A stretch of 64,000 nucleotides of DNA. Source: Candidatus Limnocylindrales bacterium (GTDB lineage: Bacteria; Verrucomicrobiota; Verrucomicrobiia; Limisphaerales; UBA8199). Location: positions 105,613-169,612 of the forward strand of contig DATJGF010000229.1 of assembly GCA_035495315.1 (NCBI GenBank), read 5' to 3'. This document shows, in pieces, positions 45,737-54,032 of the stretch; within the stretch, counting starts at the first letter, position 1; every line of letters starts with the position of its first letter. The notes beneath the pieces were generated by a model, which had not been told where the DNA came from, made no database searches, and saw only the letters and a list, made by a program, of their open reading frames with translations. A program made the position numbers and the translations under genes.

Positions 45737-46846
45737 TCACCGTCTGACTCTCGCGCTGCCACCACGCACCAATGCTTCGACTTCACTCAGGGTTGCCATC
45801 GACGTATCCCCCGGCGTGGTCATCGCCAGCGCACCGTGCGCTGCCCCATACTCCACAGCTTTCTGCGGGTCCCCAAATTGCATCAAGCCGTAAATTAGCC
45901 CGCTCGCAAAACTGTCCCCGCCACCGATCCGGTCCAGCACCTCGACTCCTTCGCGCATTACTGCCTGAAAAAACTCACCGCCCGCCCAACAAATCGCACC
46001 CCAATCGTTGCGGCTGGCCGAACGAACGGTGCGCAATGTCGTCGCCGCTATGTTTATGTTCGGATAGGCGACGGACAATTCCCGAATCATCTTTTTGAAG
46101 GCGGCTACTTCCACTTTCGAAATATTTTCGTCGAGGCCCTCGACTGTTAACCCCAGACAGGCAGTAAAGTCCTCCTCATTTCCGATTATCACATCTACGG
46201 CTTTGACGATTTGGCGATTCACCTCCTGGGCGCGTTTCCGGCCACCAATGTTTTGCCACAACGACGGACGATAATTGAGGTCATACGACACAATCGTGCC
46301 ATGTTTTTTCGCCGCCGCCACCGCTTCGAGGATCAACGCCGGTGTGGTCTCGCTTAATGCAGCGAAAATGCCTCCAGTATGAAACCACCGGCAGCCCTCT
46401 GTACCAAAGATGCGGTTCCAATCGTAGTCCCCCGGTTTCAATTGGCTCGCAGCGCTGTGGCCGCGATCCGAAATCCCCACTGCTCCGCGCAAACCAAATC
46501 CACGTTCCGTGAAATTCAGTCCATTACGCACACTCCGGCCTACCCCATCGAAAGGAACCCATTTAATATACCTGGTATCAACACCGCCCTGCAAAATGCA
46601 GTCTTCCAGCAGTCGCCCGACGTCATTATCGGCAAATGACGTGCAGATCGCCGTCTCCAATCCGAAGCAACGGCGCAATCCCCGCGCCACGTTGTACTCT
46701 CCCCCGCCTTCCCAAACCCGAAATTGCCGCGCCGTCCGCACCCGGCCTTCTCCCGGGTCCAGGCGCAACATGACCTCCCCCAGGGCGATCAGATCATATT
46801 GGCAAGCACCCGCAGGTTTGATGTTTAAGGTTCGCATGACGTCCAA
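45737..46846 (-). CDS. PfkB-family sugar kinase (2-dehydro-3-deoxygluconokinase-like)
   Basis: 369 aa. DLIALGEVMLRLDPGEG..., GGGEYNVARGL and the C-terminal GGGDSFASGLIYG motif. Confidence 0.8.
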   Translation of the reverse strand: MDVMRTLNIKPAGACQYDLIALGEVMLRLDPGEGRVRTARQFRVWEGGGEYNVARGLRRCFGLETAICTSFADNDVGRLLEDCILQGGVDTRYIKWVPFDGVGRSVRNGLNFTERGFGLRGAVGISDRGHSAASQLKPGDYDWNRIFGTEGCRWFHTGGIFAALSETTPALILEAVAAAKKHGTIVSYDLNYRPSLWQNIGGRKRAQEVNRQIVKAVDVIIGNEEDFTACLGLTVEGLDENISKVEVAAFKKMIRELSVAYPNINIAATTLRTVRSASRNDWGAICWAGGEFFQAVMREGVEVLDRIGGGDSFASGLIYGLMQFGDPQKAVEYGAAHGALAMTTPGDTSMATLSEVEALVRGGSARVRR

Positions 46847-47056
46847 TCAGGCCGATTCGCCCAATTAACTTTGACTGTGAATGTGTGGAGAAATTGGTAG
46901 CCGCACAACCCTATTTCCGGACCCGGAGTTTAGTTTTCCTAAAAGGCGCCTCCAAATCGCCTAATCCCGGTTTGCTTTTTTACGCTCCCTGTGCTGTATT
47001 AATGCCCGGGCGCCGATCTACCCAGGTACTTTGCGCTCGCTGAATATTGATTGAAT

Positions 47057-47476
47057 ATGCCAACGACCATTGAAGAAACGCCCGTGATGCAAAAGACCAG
47101 GGAACTCTGCCAAGCCATTCTCGACCAACCGAATATGCAGTCCATTCGGAGACGAATCGACGCCTTCATGGCGGACGAAAAGAGCCGCACCCAATACGAC
47201 GGCCTCGTCAACAAGGGCCAGGTTTTGCAGCAAAAACAGCACAATGCCACACCGTTAACCGGCGAGGAAATCGCCGATTTTGAGCAGCATCGCGATGCCT
47301 TGTTGCAGAATTCCGTTGCGCGCGATTTCCTCGATGCCCAGGAGGAACTTCATCAGGTCCAGCAATCGATTCACCAGTACGTTAATAAAACCCTCGAACT
47401 GGGCCGACTCCCGACCGAGCAGGAACTCAGCGGTGAAGGTTGCGGCCACGGCTGTGGCTGCGGACACAATCACTGA
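47057..47476 (+). CDS. YlbF/YmcA-family (UPF0342) protein with Cys/His-rich tail
   Basis: ATG 47057. A helical protein with ...FMADEKSRTQYDGL...QQKQ....LTGEEIADFEQ. The C-terminus is GEGCGHGCGCGHNH. Confidence 0.6.
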   Translation: MPTTIEETPVMQKTRELCQAILDQPNMQSIRRRIDAFMADEKSRTQYDGLVNKGQVLQQKQHNATPLTGEEIADFEQHRDALLQNSVARDFLDAQEELHQVQQSIHQYVNKTLELGRLPTEQELSGEGCGHGCGCGHNH

Positions 47477-47545
47477 ACTGGCCCTCGCCTAACCTGGGAA
47501 TTTAACCGCCCTCGACGCAGCTCCGGCCGGGTCGTAAAGTCTCCT

Positions 47546-47749
47546 ATGAAGAGGCCTCAGTCCCGCCAGCGCCCGTCTATTCGCGGCCAGGAAAGCGATC
47601 AGTTAGACTCGTTAAACGCGGCCGTCCGCTCTAAACGCGGTGCGTCTCAGACCATTCGGCAAGCCATCGAGGCTGACATCGAAGCCAAAGCCAGAAAGAA
47701 CGAAGTCGATACTCGGCCAACTTCAAACACACCTAGCGCACGCCCGTAG
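47546..47749 (+). CDS. possible small basic protein (weak)
   Basis: 67-aa ORF MKRPQSRQRPSIRGQ.... It ends at TAG 47747-47749, inside the GTAG head (47746-47749) of the left REP-like arm. There is no family support. Confidence 0.25.
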   Translation: MKRPQSRQRPSIRGQESDQLDSLNAAVRSKRGASQTIRQAIEADIEAKARKNEVDTRPTSNTPSARP

Positions 47750-47863
47750 CGCGGGCTTTCGAGCCTGCTGTATCGCAGGTTTTAACCTGCACGACTGTCC
47801 CGAGAACCCATTCAATTTGCCGACTGAAAGTCGGGGATACAGCAGGCTGAAAGCCTGCGCTAC
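47746..47863. repeat. REPIN-like doublet of GTAG-headed palindromes with two inner hairpins
   Basis: Left unit GTAGCGCGGGCTTTCGAGCCTGCTGTATC (47746-47774). Inverted unit GATACAGCAGGCTGAAAGCCTGCGCTAC (47836-47863). Inner hairpins GCAGGTTTTAACCTGC (47775-47790) and CCGACTGAAAGTCGG (47820-47834). Confidence 0.7.
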
Positions 47864-47898
47864 GACTGTCGCCACGGGCCTCTAGTTAAAGCTAGCCG

Positions 47899-48666
47899 TC
47901 AGAGTCGCCGCATCAGATTCTTTGCGCGGCGCACCCAGACACGATCCCGTTTTCTTTGGTAAGCCGGCGCGTGCAGATCATCGGCGATTGTATCCTTCAA
48001 TTCCGTCCGGGCCAGGTCGGGCTGATTCTTGGCCAGGTACAATTCAGCCAATTGAACTTTGGCGCGCGGATACGAATGGTTTTGGGTGACCTGCTGCCAA
48101 ATCGCCAACGCGCTATCGGTTTCCCCCAAAGCTGTCAACGTTTCGGCCAAGGCCATCTGCGAATAACCATAATCGTGTTTTGGATTTTCCTTCACCACTC
48201 CTTCCAGCAGCGGACGGGCTTCGGCAGGCTTGCGCTGGCGCAGCAGGCATTGGCCCAGGTGCGCACGTGTATCAATGTCCGCCGGGTCGCGCTCGAGCGA
48301 AGCCCGGTAGCACGCCTCCGCTTTGTCCAGCTTTCCTTGCTGAAAGTAGATATCACCCAATTGAAAATGATGGTGCGCTTTGTCCAGATGATGAATTTGC
48401 GCCTGCAACTCTTTGATCCGCTTTCGGTCATGCGCACCCGGCAGTTCAAATCCCTGCGTCGCCGAGGGTGCGGCCCGATAGACCGCGAAATAATAGAACA
48501 GTGCCGAAATGCCAAAACCGATAAAGATGAACAAAGCCCACAGCCACTCGCGGCGCCGCAGCGCGTCAATTAGCATCCACAGCTGGAATAGTGACATGAT
48601 CACAACACCAGGAGAGCTGATCCAGTAATCGAGGTGCACCAGGTTTGAGATCAGCGACGCAAGCAT
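47899..48666 (-). CDS. membrane protein with PLD-nuclease-N-like TM domain fused to TPR repeats
   Basis: SLFQLWMLIDALRRREWLWALFIFIGFGISALFYYF, followed by TPR units (FQLGDIYFQQGKLDKAEACYRASLERDP...). Confidence 0.7.
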   Translation of the reverse strand: MLASLISNLVHLDYWISSPGVVIMSLFQLWMLIDALRRREWLWALFIFIGFGISALFYYFAVYRAAPSATQGFELPGAHDRKRIKELQAQIHHLDKAHHHFQLGDIYFQQGKLDKAEACYRASLERDPADIDTRAHLGQCLLRQRKPAEARPLLEGVVKENPKHDYGYSQMALAETLTALGETDSALAIWQQVTQNHSYPRAKVQLAELYLAKNQPDLARTELKDTIADDLHAPAYQRKRDRVWVRRAKNLMRRL

Positions 48667-48763
48667 TCGGAAAAAGCCTAGACACGCTCTGGTTGCACGG
48701 CAACGAAATTGAAATCCAAAAGGGTGGAGTCACCTTAAGTCGTCTTTTACAATTGAGGTCAGA

Positions 48764-49474
48764 ATGACGAAACGTCGGTCCCCACCCGAAATGCGAGCCT
48801 TGCGCCGCGCCTATCGGCTGATGTTGGCCCGATTCGGACACCAGCAGTGGTGGCCCGGCGAAACCCCCTTTGAGGTCTGCATTGGAGCCATCCTTACCCA
48901 AAATACCAACTGGAGTAACGTCGAACGCGCCCTGACAAATCTGAAAACTGCGGGGTTGCTGGATCCCCACAAAATCTTTGCGCTCAGCGAAACCAGGTTG
49001 GCTCAACTCATCCGGCCGGCAGGCTACTTTAATGTCAAAGCGCGCCGAGTGCGTTCTTTCTTGCGAGTCTTGATCGAAGAATTCGGCGGCAACCTCGATC
49101 GTTTGTTTGCCGGCGACACCGGCGACGTACGCGCGCGCTTGCTGTCAATAAATGGCATCGGTCCGGAAACTGCCGATTGCATGCTGCTCTATGCCGGTGG
49201 GCACCATCGATTCGTGATCGACGCCTATACCAAACGCATCTTTCAACGCCACCATTGGGGAATCCCGACCGTCGACTACCACCACTTGCAACAATTGTGT
49301 GAAACCTCATTGTGCGAAAAACACGGCTCTGATCGGCTCGATTACTGGCAGGACTTCCACGCCCAACTCGTCATGGTCGGCAAACATTTTTGCCGGTCCC
49401 GGCAACCGCTCTGCGCGGAATGCCCGCTAAAGCCGCTGCTGCCGCAAAACTCACTCCCGTCAGCGTCGGCTTGA
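48764..49474 (+). CDS. endonuclease III-domain (HhH-GPD) DNA glycosylase-like protein with 4Fe-4S cluster loop
   Basis: LLSINGIGPETADCMLLYA (HhH-GPD). C-terminal CRSRQPLCAECPL. Confidence 0.8.
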   Translation: MTKRRSPPEMRALRRAYRLMLARFGHQQWWPGETPFEVCIGAILTQNTNWSNVERALTNLKTAGLLDPHKIFALSETRLAQLIRPAGYFNVKARRVRSFLRVLIEEFGGNLDRLFAGDTGDVRARLLSINGIGPETADCMLLYAGGHHRFVIDAYTKRIFQRHHWGIPTVDYHHLQQLCETSLCEKHGSDRLDYWQDFHAQLVMVGKHFCRSRQPLCAECPLKPLLPQNSLPSASA

Positions 49475-49501
49475 ATCAGCTACCAGCAGCGTGCGGTTCA
49501 C

Positions 49502-49779
49502 TCAACCCGCACTAAAGCCCGCATCAACGGGCAGGTCAGCGCCGGTCACCAACCTTGCTTCGTCACTGGCCAGGAACACTAGCATCGAGGCGATCTCCCC
49601 CGGTCGGCCAAAACCTCGTTCGGCGACCAGGGCATCCAGAGCGGCCGTCCGCCCCTCTTTCGCAGCGATCTGCTCAGGTCGGCCAGTGCGGTCCTGGCTC
49701 CCTCAGCTGCGAACCTCTCCGCCGTCGCTTTCCCGATGCCCGATGCCGCACCGGTGATCAAGGCGACTTTGCCGAGCAT
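49502..49779 (-). pseudogene. short-chain dehydrogenase/reductase remnant (internal deletion plus frameshift)
   Basis: N-terminal MLGKVALITGAASGIGKATAERFAAEGA is in one frame. In another frame is the SDR C-terminus GRPGEIASMLVFLASDEARLVTGADLPVDAGFSAG*. The catalytic core of about 150 aa is absent. Confidence 0.65.
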
Positions 49780-49883
49780 TCGTCTGGGGAAAGGTGCCGT
49801 TGGCATGCCGACGTTTTGCCAGCGTAACGCAGCGTTGGCCAGCTTGTTTTGGTCTAATCGTGCTTCGAGGCGAGGTGCCACAG

Positions 49884-50405
49884 CTACTTAGTGCCACCAC
49901 TCTCTTCGTAGCAGGAGTCAATCTCATCAAGAATACCAAGGAGCCTCTCGATCTTTACGTCGGTTGAACTGTGGAAGGACCTCGGTTCATAACGCCTTTT
50001 CAACATCATTGCGTCATAGCGCACAAGCTCGTAAGCCCGCTGGGAAGAAACGCGCGGAGTTGTGGGATGCTGCTCGATCTTCCGTGCCACCCAGGGCGCT
50101 TTGCGAGAAATTTGCCCCAGGTAGTATACCGTTTCCCAATCGAGCGCGGTGGGACGAAACGCCGCATATCTCAGATCTCTGCGGGCCCAAACATTAGCAT
50201 CCCAGGCTACTTTGTATGCCTCATGAGCTAGCTCGGCAACCTTCTCCGCATCGAACGGGTATGAAGTGTTTTCGGCCGGTTGTGCGGGAACTGCCGTTCT
50301 GCATCCCGCGCCAATGGCGCCCGCAATCAAAAGAGTGCAAAGAGACAAACCTAACCGGGTGAAGCGACTCATTCCGGTCGCAGAGATCACACTCTGGTCG
50401 TTCAC
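49884..50405 (-). CDS. hypothetical lipoprotein
   Basis: 173 aa. Lipobox GAGC. The start overlaps the stop of the upstream gene by 4 nt. Confidence 0.5.
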   Translation of the reverse strand: MNDQSVISATGMSRFTRLGLSLCTLLIAGAIGAGCRTAVPAQPAENTSYPFDAEKVAELAHEAYKVAWDANVWARRDLRYAAFRPTALDWETVYYLGQISRKAPWVARKIEQHPTTPRVSSQRAYELVRYDAMMLKRRYEPRSFHSSTDVKIERLLGILDEIDSCYEESGGTK

Positions 50406-51484
50406 TTATCCTGGACGTGCGGCGCCCAATTCACGCGCTCGCTCGGACCTGGCAATTTAGGGAACTGCATATGTGGCTCCGTCTGGTACCAATACGCCAC
50501 GCTGTAATAATAGTTCAGGCTGTCGAACGGCGGCACGCCCTGCCCTTGCTCGATCAAAAATCGCAACGACTTGCGGAACGGCACCGGATCTGGCACATGC
50601 CAGCGGTAAGCGGAAATAAACGGCTCCTCTAACAGCGGCACGCCAAAATACGGAAAGCAACCGGAGCGCAAGCCGTACGATTCACAAAAATAATCTTCCG
50701 AACCAGTTCCCTGGATCTCCTGTTTACCGTCAATAAATACCATCTCGTCGCCCTCGCCCCACCAGCCTCCTTCGTTATTTTTCACGCTTAGCACGCAGCC
50801 AATCAGGTGGCCTCGACCTTGTGCGTCCAGGATGAGATAAGGTCCTTGTGCCGGCGGCGTGCCTTGGCGGTATTGCGCGTGGAAATAAAGTTGTTTCGTT
50901 GGCGGCTTGTGATAACTGCGGTAGTTCACCTCAAACCAATGCTGACTTCGTTCCTTGCCCTCATTGCTGATGGTGACCCGCGCCGATTTCCGAAATGGCA
51001 TCGGAAAATAGCAATTCCGCGCCGCGCCCATCGCCGCCGCATTGGTGGCTTTACCGGGCTGTTGATCAATGGAGACCAGCGCCGAATTGAGCTTCGCCGT
51101 GAAACCAAAACCAATTCCAAAAAAATCCCCGACCGGCGCCTCGACGCTCGGCTGGCGTTCGCCATCCCAGTACATCCGCAGCACGTGATACTGAAGGTGA
51201 TGCGTTTCTTTGCTGGTGATATTGTCCCGCCAATGAACAATACAGCCTGGTCCTTTAATGTCCGCGAGCACTAACGTAGCCCCTGGCTCAAGATAACGCC
51301 AATCCTCATTGCCTCCTTTCGGATCGCTGGATGTGATCCGATGCGCATCAAAGTCCCGCGCCCCGGGCAATTGATCCAAAACCAAGTCCTGCCCGAAAAT
51401 ATCCACCTCGATCCACATCACGCCCAGTACCAGCAAGCGAAGCAGGTACCGCGCCAGGGGCAGCCACTGTGGCTTGGATCTCAA
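50402..51484 (-). CDS. DUF2961 / glycoside hydrolase family 172 protein
   Basis: LRMYWDGERQPSVEAPVGDFFG, NCYFPMPF, WWGEGDEMVFIDG, GTGSEDYF and YRWHVPDPVPF are present. Confidence 0.8.
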   Translation of the reverse strand: MRSKPQWLPLARYLLRLLVLGVMWIEVDIFGQDLVLDQLPGARDFDAHRITSSDPKGGNEDWRYLEPGATLVLADIKGPGCIVHWRDNITSKETHHLQYHVLRMYWDGERQPSVEAPVGDFFGIGFGFTAKLNSALVSIDQQPGKATNAAAMGAARNCYFPMPFRKSARVTISNEGKERSQHWFEVNYRSYHKPPTKQLYFHAQYRQGTPPAQGPYLILDAQGRGHLIGCVLSVKNNEGGWWGEGDEMVFIDGKQEIQGTGSEDYFCESYGLRSGCFPYFGVPLLEEPFISAYRWHVPDPVPFRKSLRFLIEQGQGVPPFDSLNYYYSVAYWYQTEPHMQFPKLPGPSERVNWAPHVQDK

Positions 51485-52377
51485 TTGGAATTGCTGAAGC
51501 TGCGCGGGGGTTTGCTGTCGGCGGCGAAACGAAACGGTTTGCCGCCGACGATTTGATCGCTGCTAATGGTTGGGCACCAGTATTTCTCGATATGCCAGCA
51601 GACCAGATCCGTGCCGATGAAATGATCCACGAAAGGACGCTGGCGATGATTATACATTGTGTCGGTAAGATCCCGTACCAACGCTACATTCTGGCCCTGG
51701 AACACCATTTGGCGCACTGAGAACGGCCGGCCCAGCACACACATGTTCTCGTGCACACCCATCACCAGCACGTTCGTGATGCCTCGTTGGCGCATCAAAT
51801 TGTAGGCCTCACCATTGTCTGTAATGGCATCCCTGTCTTTGATTTCAATGGTTGAAATCTCGCGCCGCCAGGGGAAATTCTGTGGACATTGTGGCTCGTC
51901 ATCACACCCCCCGTCGGAATCGTCGATCGGCAGCGGCGGCTCCTTGACCGACTCCAAAATGCACCAACCCTCCGCCGGGCGCTTTGTTGCCACGAGCGGC
52001 GCCGACTGCGCCAGCTTGCGCCCGGAGGTGCCCTCGTAAGATTTCATCGTCTCACTTGGACAATGAATCACCAGGACACCTCGTTTGCGCAATTCGGCTA
52101 TTGTCCGGTTCATGCAGGGAGCCATTTCTGCCACACGCGCGGTTGCTCCCTTGCACCAGTGTTGATCCCACATGTCACAGATCACTACGGCCGTCCGGGA
52201 AGGTTCCCACATCGCAGACTGTTCCGAAATTCTCCATTGCCCGCTGCCTTTTGGATCCTCAATCAAACGGCGCAGCTTCAAATCCAGCGGTTGCCCAAAA
52301 AGAGTGGCCGCTGCCACCCACAACAGGCACATGAGGGCAGTCATTAAACGCCCGGAACGCGTCGGGTAATCCAGCAT
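51481..52377 (-). CDS. secreted isochorismatase-family (cysteine hydrolase-like) protein
   Basis: Has a signal peptide. TAVVICDMWDQHWCKGA...VLVIHCPS...NVLVMGVHENMCVLGRPF. 4-nt overlap with the GH172 gene. Confidence 0.7.
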   Translation of the reverse strand: MLDYPTRSGRLMTALMCLLWVAAATLFGQPLDLKLRRLIEDPKGSGQWRISEQSAMWEPSRTAVVICDMWDQHWCKGATARVAEMAPCMNRTIAELRKRGVLVIHCPSETMKSYEGTSGRKLAQSAPLVATKRPAEGWCILESVKEPPLPIDDSDGGCDDEPQCPQNFPWRREISTIEIKDRDAITDNGEAYNLMRQRGITNVLVMGVHENMCVLGRPFSVRQMVFQGQNVALVRDLTDTMYNHRQRPFVDHFIGTDLVCWHIEKYWCPTISSDQIVGGKPFRFAADSKPPRSFSNSN

Positions 52378-52771
52378 AGGTCTCGAACAAAACGTTACTT
52401 AAGTCACCATGCCCTCGTCAATAATCCGCGCCTAACACGCCTGACACGTATTGGAATCAATGGTCTTTACGAGGATGTGATGGAGTTGGCCGACGCAATC
52501 TTAACTACTCCGCTCTACGGCTGACTGCTAAAGGTGTGGTTTGCCGCAATGGCGAAATTATTGTCAAGAAGCAATGCTTCCCCCGATATCTTTTCCTACT
52601 TCGGGTCCTGCAACTGGTTATGCAAACCGCCCTTCCATTGATGGCGGGAGCGCCAGAGTTTTCGTCTCCTTGAAAACCAGAATGCGGACTTGCATTTGCC
52701 TTTGGCATGACTATCTTCTCCGGCTCCCTGCATGGAAGCAGGATTAGTTTTGGATCGATTGAGTAGAGATT

Positions 52772-53329
52772 ATGGCAACAGCAAATGACCTTCGCCGCGG
52801 CATGGCGATCAATTATAACGGTGATATTTGTGTCGTATTGGATAGCCAACACCGCACCCCCGGCAACCTCCGCGCTTTCGTCCAAGCCACCTTGCGCAGC
52901 ATCCGCTCCGGCAGATCGTCCGACGTGCGCTTCAGCTCCACCGAACGAATCGACGTCGTGCCGATGAACACCCGAAAAATGGATTTCAGCTACAAAGACG
53001 GCGAAGACTACGTATTTTCCGACCCGGAAACTTACGAGACCGTTACCTTGTCGCCTGAGCTCGTCGGCGATGCCAAAAACTACCTCGTGGAAAACGGCGC
53101 GGTAACGGTGACCTTCGTGGAGGACAAAGCGGTCTCGATCGAGCTTCCTTCCAGCGTCGTGTTATCAGTCACCGATGCCCCAGAGGGCATCCGCGGCGAT
53201 TCCGCCAACAATGTCCAAAAATCCATCACCCTGGAAACCGGCATTACGGTTCAGGCCCCGCTCTTCATTAAAACCGGCGAGAAGATAAAAATCGACACTC
53301 GTACCGGCAAATACATGGAACGCGCCTGA
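52772..53329 (+). CDS. efp: elongation factor P family protein (loop lacks the usual Lys; overall similar to EfpL/YeiP-type sequences)
   Basis: 185 aa. NDLRRGMAINYNGD...DFSYKDGEDYVFSD...GIRGDSA...IKIDTRTGKYMERA. Confidence 0.9.
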   Translation: MATANDLRRGMAINYNGDICVVLDSQHRTPGNLRAFVQATLRSIRSGRSSDVRFSSTERIDVVPMNTRKMDFSYKDGEDYVFSDPETYETVTLSPELVGDAKNYLVENGAVTVTFVEDKAVSIELPSSVVLSVTDAPEGIRGDSANNVQKSITLETGITVQAPLFIKTGEKIKIDTRTGKYMERA

Positions 53330-53619
53330 GGCGCCAGCTTCCGTCGGTTAAGGCTTCTGAATTGCTCTCGCGCAGTGCCCGCTGATGGGTGTTCAAATCA
53401 TTTTAAGCATTGACATTCCGGGCTATTAGTGCTTCTATTCACTAACTCGGGAGATTTCAAACTTGATAGCGGGCAATTGCGGCCATTGTCGACATAGCGC
53501 CGTCACGTATTTTTGGGGTGCCGGTGCAGGGGATAAAGAATCGTTTCTGGAGGACCAGCTTTTCCTGTTCGGCTCAAGTCGCGCCCCAAGTCCCTGAATC
53601 CGAGCAGCGGGGTGCTGAC

Positions 53620-53925
53620 ATGAAACCCAGAATCTGCATTTGTTGCGGTGAACCGATGGCGAAGGGCGGTCATGCGTTGTCGCGCGATGCCAATCTGTGC
53701 GCCTCCTGCTCAAGTATGGCCGATGGCATGTCGGAAGAGAGCGCGACCGCCTCGCTGCAGCGCCTCGCGCCCCAATCTCTGTCTTCCCCCTCCTCCCGGG
53801 ACCGTCTCCATGGAATTGAGTCTGCTCCTAGCGCGCGCCTGGAGCCCAGCGAGGCAGAATCCAGCACCGCCGGGGAGGAGATCGTTATCGAGTGGAAAGG
53901 CGGCCGTTTGCGCAAGCGCGAATAG
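53620..53925 (+). CDS. possible small zinc-ribbon protein
   Basis: MKPRICICCGEPM...LCASCSS, followed by a Ser/Ala-rich tail. ATG 53620 was chosen. There is no family support. Confidence 0.35.
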   Translation: MKPRICICCGEPMAKGGHALSRDANLCASCSSMADGMSEESATASLQRLAPQSLSSPSSRDRLHGIESAPSARLEPSEAESSTAGEEIVIEWKGGRLRKRE

Positions 53926-54032
53926 CCTTTATTCGGCGCCTGCTCTTCCTGTAATCTGTTGGCGATCCGGGTTTTGCGGCAAGCCGGTTAGACTTGTCGG
54001 CAAATCCTCGATGTTCACAACCATCCAGGCCC

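Noticed and set aside
53405-53445. TTGACA at about 53411, considered as a promoter downstream of efp.
   Set aside because: The best -10 candidate at 17-nt spacing (TTCTAT) matches only 3 of 6 positions. That is not strong enough to report.
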